From positions 11,342,713 to 11,383,445 of the forward strand of contig NC_068983.1 of NCBI RefSeq assembly GCF_001194135.2: a stretch of 40,733 nucleotides of DNA, read 5' to 3'. The translations under genes and the position numbers were made by a program. Each line of letters begins with the position of its first letter. Positions within the stretch are counted from its first letter, which is position 1. Below are positions 34,914 through 40,733 of the stretch, piece by piece. Below the pieces are notes generated by a model that was given only the letters and a program-made list of their open reading frames with translations, had not been told where the DNA came from and made no database searches. This stretch comes from Octopus bimaculoides (taxonomy: Eukaryota).

Positions 34914-35236
34914 ATCATCATCATCATCGTTTAACGTCCGCTTTCCATGCTAGCATGGGTTGGACGATTTGACTGAGGACTGGTGAAACCGGATGGCAAC
35001 ACCAGCCTCCAATCTGATTTGGCAGAGTTTCTACAGCTGGATGCCCTTCCTAACGCCAACCACTCAGAGAGTGTAGTGGGTGCTTTCACGTGTCAGCCGC
35101 ACGAAGGCCAGTCAGGCGGTACTGGCAACGGCCACGCTCAAAATGGTGTATTTTATGTGCCACCCGCACAAGAGCCAGTCCAGGGGCACTGGCAACGATC
35201 TTGCTCGAAAATCCTACGAAGGCCAGTCAGGCGGTA
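34914..35236 (-). mobile_element. Young RTE 3' UTR fragment
   Basis: Tail plus two units; 20-bp duplication CGAAGGCCAGTCAGGCGGTA at its 5' end. Confidence 0.92.
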
Positions 35237-35259
35237 TATATAAATATGAAAAAAAAAAT

Positions 35260-35430
35260 GTATATATGTTTGTGTCTCCTTGTTTTGACATCACATGATT
35301 GTCATAACTGAATGTCATTCATTTCCAATATTTTTATGGAAACATGTCTGGCTGTGGAGAATTGTTACCTTGCTTGGAGACAGGTGAGGGTTGGCAACAG
35401 GAAGGGCATCCAACTGTAACCAATTTGCCC
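35260..35430 (+). mobile_element. RTE-tail variant repeat
   Basis: AACATGTCTGGC..TTACCTTGCTTGGAGACAGGTGAGGGTTGGCAACAGGAAGGGCATCC; matches 759-945. Confidence 0.6.
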
Positions 35431-35804
35431 TACACTCTGACTCAGAAAATTGGACCTTCATATAACTTCAAATAAACAGAGTAGCAGTTGCTATTAAATC
35501 TATTTTGCAAATTCTGTGATTTTGATTAGGTGATTCTTTTTGAATTGTATGGGCATGACTCAGTAGTTTTGAAGTTATCTTTGTAACCAAGTTTTCAGGT
35601 TTCATTTTGCTATGTGACACCTTACACAAGTGTCTTCTGTTATACAGTTAGTGAGATCAATACCTTGTGAGTGAAATTTAGCTGATGAAAACTGTAGAGA
35701 CACCCTTTATATAGCAGTTTGTGAATGAGTGTTTGTATGTCTTTACATTGACACTATTTGAGCAATATCCCGTAACTCTGTGGCTTCATCTGTCTCATAC
35801 AAGG

Positions 35805-36035
35805 ATCATCATCATCATCAGCACCATCATTTAACGTCCATTTTCCGTGCAGGTGTGGGTTGGACAGTTTGACAGAAATTGATTAGCCAGAGGATTACAC
35901 TGAGCTCCCGTGTCTGCTTTGGTATGGTTTCTACGGCTGGATGCCCTTCCTAACACCAACCACTTCACAGTGTGTACTGGTGCTTTTTATGTGACACCGG
36001 TAGTGAGGTCACCAAGTAACTTGCGAGACAAGACC
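35805..36035 (-). mobile_element. Older RTE 3' tail
   Basis: (ATC)n..TTTAACGTCCATTTTCC..GGATGCCCTTCCTAACACCAACC. Confidence 0.8.
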
Positions 36036-37473
36036 CCTTAACTGAGGGCAGGATATAGTATTGAGAGAGGTGGCTTTTTATTTTATGCTTCCCCCCTCAG
36101 TGGAATAAAAATACTTTGAAAAAAACGAGGGTTTATGTTAGGAAGAGCATCTGACTGAAAATTCCTGTCTCAATAAGTTTCAGTTGTCCCATGCCAGCAT
36201 ATAAATAATGGACATTAAATTGAGAAATTACTATATTTGTGATTTAAATATTCTTAATGAAACTAGGAAAGGAAAAAACAACAATTGTTTAATATTTTTT
36301 AAAATCATTTTAGAGACTAATTAACTTGTCAGTAGAACAGATGTATCAAGTGGTGTTGAAAATACACAATGAAAATAATTAAAAAGGTTGTTCTCTTTAA
36401 ACTATTTAACTGGACTGACATAGATAACAATAGATAAATTTGTTGTTTAGGTAACTAACAGTAAAAATAGAACTTATAATCTCTGCTGATTCACAGCAAC
36501 GTTAAATTAAACTCATTTAATTGGATCCTGGCTATTTGATTGTTTTGTTTGCAACACCTCCAATTAATTATGCTCATTTTATTGATTATCACTTAATATT
36601 TTCTGATAATTTCAGGGTTGATTTTTATCTTCTCCAAAGAAGAAAGTTAATTTCTGTTAGTCTCTCTCTCTCTGTTGTGAATTATTGACCTTAATATTTA
36701 AGTCTCAATTCCTATTAACTCAAGGTCAACTCAACATTCAGTTATGTCTCTTTTTATGAATTACTTCATACTATATAAGAAATTTACTTTCATATGCACA
36801 TATGTGGATGCATGTGCGGGCACACACACACATACTGGCCTTCCTCATAATTTCTGTCTTCCAAATTTCATTTGCATGACATTAAGTCAAGATTTAGCAG
36901 AAGTTAATTGCCCAAAGTGATGTGCAGTGGAATTGATCCTAGAATCACAAGTTTGAAGCACACTTCTTAATCACTCACCCTTGCCTGCCATATATTCATC
37001 ATCATCATCATTGTTTAAATACTATTTCTCTGATCTATTCAGTTCTAATTTAAAATGATGATAGTTTTCAAAGGCATAAACACAAATGAAAAACACAAAA
37101 TAGTAAATAACTTTTCAAGTCTTTCTTTCTGAGCTACACTGTTAACCAAGATTTAGTGTTTGCTTATAATAAAAACATCATTTCTAACTAAGCACTACAT
37201 TTCCTGATACTAAGTTGTATGTGTACTAATACCTGGTTGCAAATTTGTTAATCGTTTAACAATGTTAGGCATAATTAGAACATGATTCACTGAAAAGTTG
37301 AATGAATATTTTAAAGGAAACCAATACTGGAGCTTTTAACAATGGGAAGAGCATCCAGCTGTAAAAAGTATTGCCCATGCAAACAACATCTCTCAATTAA
37401 AACAATATTTATCTGTCAGTCTCTATTGAAGAAGCTTCTGTGGTTGTTTGTCCCATTAAGAATTCACCATACA

Positions 37474-37995
37474 CCATCGTTTAACGTCCGCCTTCCATGA
37501 TAGCATGGGTTGGACGATTTGACTGAGGACTGGTGAACCGGATGGCTGCACCAGGCTCCAATCTCATCTGGCAGTTTCTACAGCTGGATGCCCTTCCTAA
37601 TGCCAACCACTCTGAGAGTGTTGTGGGTGCTTTTATGTGCCACCGGCACGAAGGCCAGTCACGCGGTACTGACAACGGCCATGCTCAAAATGTTTTTTTT
37701 ACGTGCCACCTGCACAGGAGCCAGTCATGCGGCACTGGCAATGACCTCGCTCGAATGATTTTCTAATGTGCCACCGGCACAAGTGCCAGTAAGGCGACGC
37801 TGGTAACGATCACGCTCAAATGGTGCTATTTATGTGCCACTAGCACGGGAGCCAGACAGCTGCTCTGGCAATGGTCACGCTCAGACGGTGCTGTCAGTGC
37901 TCCACTAGCACAGGTGCCAGTCATCGAATATGGTTCAATTACAATTTCGATTTCACTTGCCCCAACAGGTCTTTGCAAGCAGAGTTTAGTGTCCA
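37474..37995 (-). mobile_element. RTE 3' UTR fragment with five ~65-bp units
   Basis: Colinear with 20881-21300. Confidence 0.9.
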
Positions 37996-38404
37996 ATTGG
38001 CATGGGTACCAAGAATTGACAACAAATTATCTTAAGACATTGGATTCTGTAGTTTTATAGTTTTTCTGTGAGTTGTCATTATGTATCATATGCTTTTGCA
38101 GTGTGTTGATCACACTACAGCAAATGTCTTCCTGATTAAGCATTACTTTGTTCTTTTTATTGAGTTGGTTTTCCATTGCCTTCCTTGACTGAATGGCCAT
38201 TGGCCCACAAGGAGCTCATCCATCTCTCAACGAATCTTGTTTTTAGACACCTTCCTTACAAGAGTACCAAGCTACTGATGCAGGAGAGCTGGTTTAGTTG
38301 TCAACCATTTGACTATGAAACAGTACTGGTTTACATGGTACCAGTAGCAGGTCTCATCAGCTCCTGATGAGATCTCTCACCTGACTAGGTTTCTGTTATT
38401 GCTT

Positions 38405-38609
38405 ACTCTTTTACATGTTTGTCATTTGACTGTGGCCATGCTGGAGCACTGCCTTTGGTTGAGCAAATCGACCCCAGGACTTATTCTTTGTAAGCCTAGT
38501 ACTTATTCTATCGGTCTCTCTTTGCCGAACCGCTAAGTTACGGGGACATAAACACACCAGCATCGGTTGTCAAGCGATGTTGGAGGGACAAACATGCAAA
38601 CATATACAC

Positions 38610-38681
<72 letters not shown>

Positions 38682-38843
38682 GACGGGCTTCTTTCAGTTT
38701 CCGTCTACCAAATCCACTCACAAGGCTTTGGTCGGCCCGAGGCTATAGTAGAAGACACTTGCCCAAGGTGCCATGCAGTGGGACTGAACCCGGAACTATG
38801 TGTTTCGTAAGCAAGCTACTTACCAAACAGCCACTTCTACGCC
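38405..38843 (-). mobile_element. SINE family A, full length, expanded internal (TA)n
   Basis: Revcomp of 56-446. Confidence 0.92.
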
Positions 38844-39254
38844 TATTAGCAAAAGTAATTTAAGTATAAGAAAAAATACTGTATTCTTGTTCTTGGCCTA
38901 CCCCTAGGTTTCCTGCCAGTTGGCTTAGCTTGAAGAGTCCTCTTACAATTCCTTCCTGTGATAATCACATGTTTGTAGTACTAGAGTTATGATCTCTCAA
39001 TGTGAAGAAGTAGCAACTTGACCTGGTGAAACATTCTAATCTCCAAGCTATGCACCCTGTCAAATAATGTTGTTCCAAAGATACTTCAGAGAAATCCCAC
39101 TTTGGCTGCTTGCATTCATGATTGTACTCTTTCAGTCATTAACCAACATTCATTGGATTTATTGTACAACTTCACTTTCTAATCAAATTCATATCAGTTC
39201 AGTTCCGGGAGGCATGTCTCCTGCATCCCTTTTCGGCTGGGCATTCCTAATCTT

Positions 39255-39465
39255 GTGTGCCCGTGGGTGCTGGTTCCACATAGAAAGCACATCTGCCAGT
39301 GTCACGTAAAAAGCACCCAGTACACTCTGTAAAGTGGTTGGCGGCATTAGGAAGGGCATCCGACCATAAATACCAAAACAGGCATGGAGCCTAGGCAGCT
39401 CTCCACCTGGTCAGCTCCTGTTAGACTCTCCAACTCAACATGGAAAATGGATGTTAAATGATGAT
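39255..39465 (+). mobile_element. Decayed RTE 3' tail
   Basis: CACGTAAAAAGCACCCAGTACACTCTGTAAAGTGGTTGG..GGAAGGGCATCC..ATGGAAAATGGATGTTAAATGATGATG. Confidence 0.8.
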
Positions 39466-39549
39466 GGGAGAAGTGTAGACATCTCAAGTTTCATTTTATT
39501 TCTTGCCCTTTTTAAATAAGTAGCTATATGCTTAGTCAGAAGAAATCAA

Positions 39550-39958
39550 GGTGACAGTATAGTATGTGATCTACATACATGTTTCTGGTATAGCTTGTGA
39601 TCTACATTAGTTCAAACGGTAAAGTTTGTGACCTACACTGACTTTTTGATCTACATTTAAAATTCATTTATTTACTTGACTTTCGTTTGGTTTGGTATAT
39701 AAACCAAAAAAGCTTTTTATGATTTAGACACTTTTAGTCCTGAACCTATTGAAAGAAGTTGTGATGAGAGCAAAAGAATTTTTCACACAGGTTATTTGAG
39801 ATGAAGAAGCTGCAATAGAATTTCTCCGACGTTATGAATTCCTTGGTGAACATGGAGATATTGATCCATGCAGCAAATGTGAGGAGAAATGGTGGAAAAA
39901 TAAGAGGTGAAGCCCTTCTAGATTTAAGTTGCTGTAAACCACATACTACACCAGCACC
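39550..39958 (+). mobile_element. Internally deleted Merlin (IS1595/ISXO2-related) DNA transposon
   Basis: 25-bp TIRs starting GG (19/25 match); 8-bp TSD GAAATCAA / GAAATTAA; four subterminal GTGATCTACA repeats; remnant MRAKEFFTQVI*DEEAAIEFLRRYEFL..IDPCSKC from 39764. Confidence 0.75.
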
Positions 39959-40733
39959 GAAATTAAGATATATTTGTATTACATATAAAATTATATATTG
40001 GTTTTGCAATATATAGTAGTATATTTACTTGTTAGCTAGCAGTAGACAAGAAGGATTTTTAGTTTGAATCATGTTTATATAATGTAAGTACTAATTATTT
40101 ACTAGGGGTTAGTCAACAGGCTGCTCCATAGTATTTTATGAAAAAATGTTTCTTAATGAATGGTAATTATTCTTGAGTTGCATTTGTCTGGCAAGGAATT
40201 TGATCTAATCCTATGGTGGGATTGAAACTCTTCCATTGGAGTCGCCATTGTAGCTGTTAAAAACAATGTTGACAGTGATGAAGTTGTATGTGTGCAATTA
40301 AAGATTTTGATATCTGCAAGTATATATTGATAGTAACAAACTAAAAGTGAATATTATAATGTATACATGTTTGATAGCCACAATGTCTCCACCATGAGAT
40401 TTTGAAGCTGGATTTCTTTGTTGAAGTTGAACTTGAGTTGATTATCTTAAGATACAGGGTAAACGAAGTTGGTGCATTTTGAACTGGTATTTTGGAGCCA
40501 TCAGTCAAAGAAAAAAAACCCTCGTCACACAGATGTTTTGAATTAAAACTAAAAGAAAGTACTGTTTAGAGTAGTTTGTTTCTTACAGCTGTGTTTCATT
40601 TCAGTTGGCACTATATATATATATATATATATATAAATAAAATTTCTAACTTCTACTAGTATCCAGAGATAATTATATTTATTAATGTTGGTCTTTATAA
40701 ATGAAGTCAACTCGTAACTTCTACCGATTAAGA

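Noticed and set aside
37620-37920. Regularly spaced repeats as a CRISPR-like array
   Set aside because: Eukaryotic context; the units are degenerate whole-unit tandem repeats of the RTE 3' UTR with no unique spacers

Overview
AT-rich, microsatellite-dense animal genomic DNA with two N gaps (22319-22374, 26369-26796). The repeat families and (TA)/(CA)/(ATC) tracts suggest an octopus/cephalopod assembly; this is inference, not a database result. None of the listed ORFs is an intact host gene. Most are microsatellite read-throughs or decayed transposon frames. The window is mostly interspersed repeats: four or more tRNA-headed SINE families, more than a dozen 3' fragments of an RTE-clade LINE (one keeps the ORF2 C-terminus), a 2-kb Tx1/L1-clade LINE fragment, a near full-length dead mariner, an internally deleted Merlin element with TIRs and an 8-bp TSD, several hAT and Tc1-type MITEs, and a Helitron-like end. 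The best host-gene signal is a 108-nt exon at 23875-23982 (+) resembling the PB1 N-terminus of NBR1. It lies in a CpG-retaining promoter-like zone with CRE, E-box and ETS-CRE motifs. A second CpG-retaining zone (~4-8 kb) holds another candidate first exon. The most notable observation is a ~160-bp repeat present three times in mixed orientation at 9.66-10.69 kb. It carries a type I hammerhead ribozyme fold (Penelope pLTR / retrozyme-like). A separate minimal hammerhead-like motif sits at 22.5 kb.
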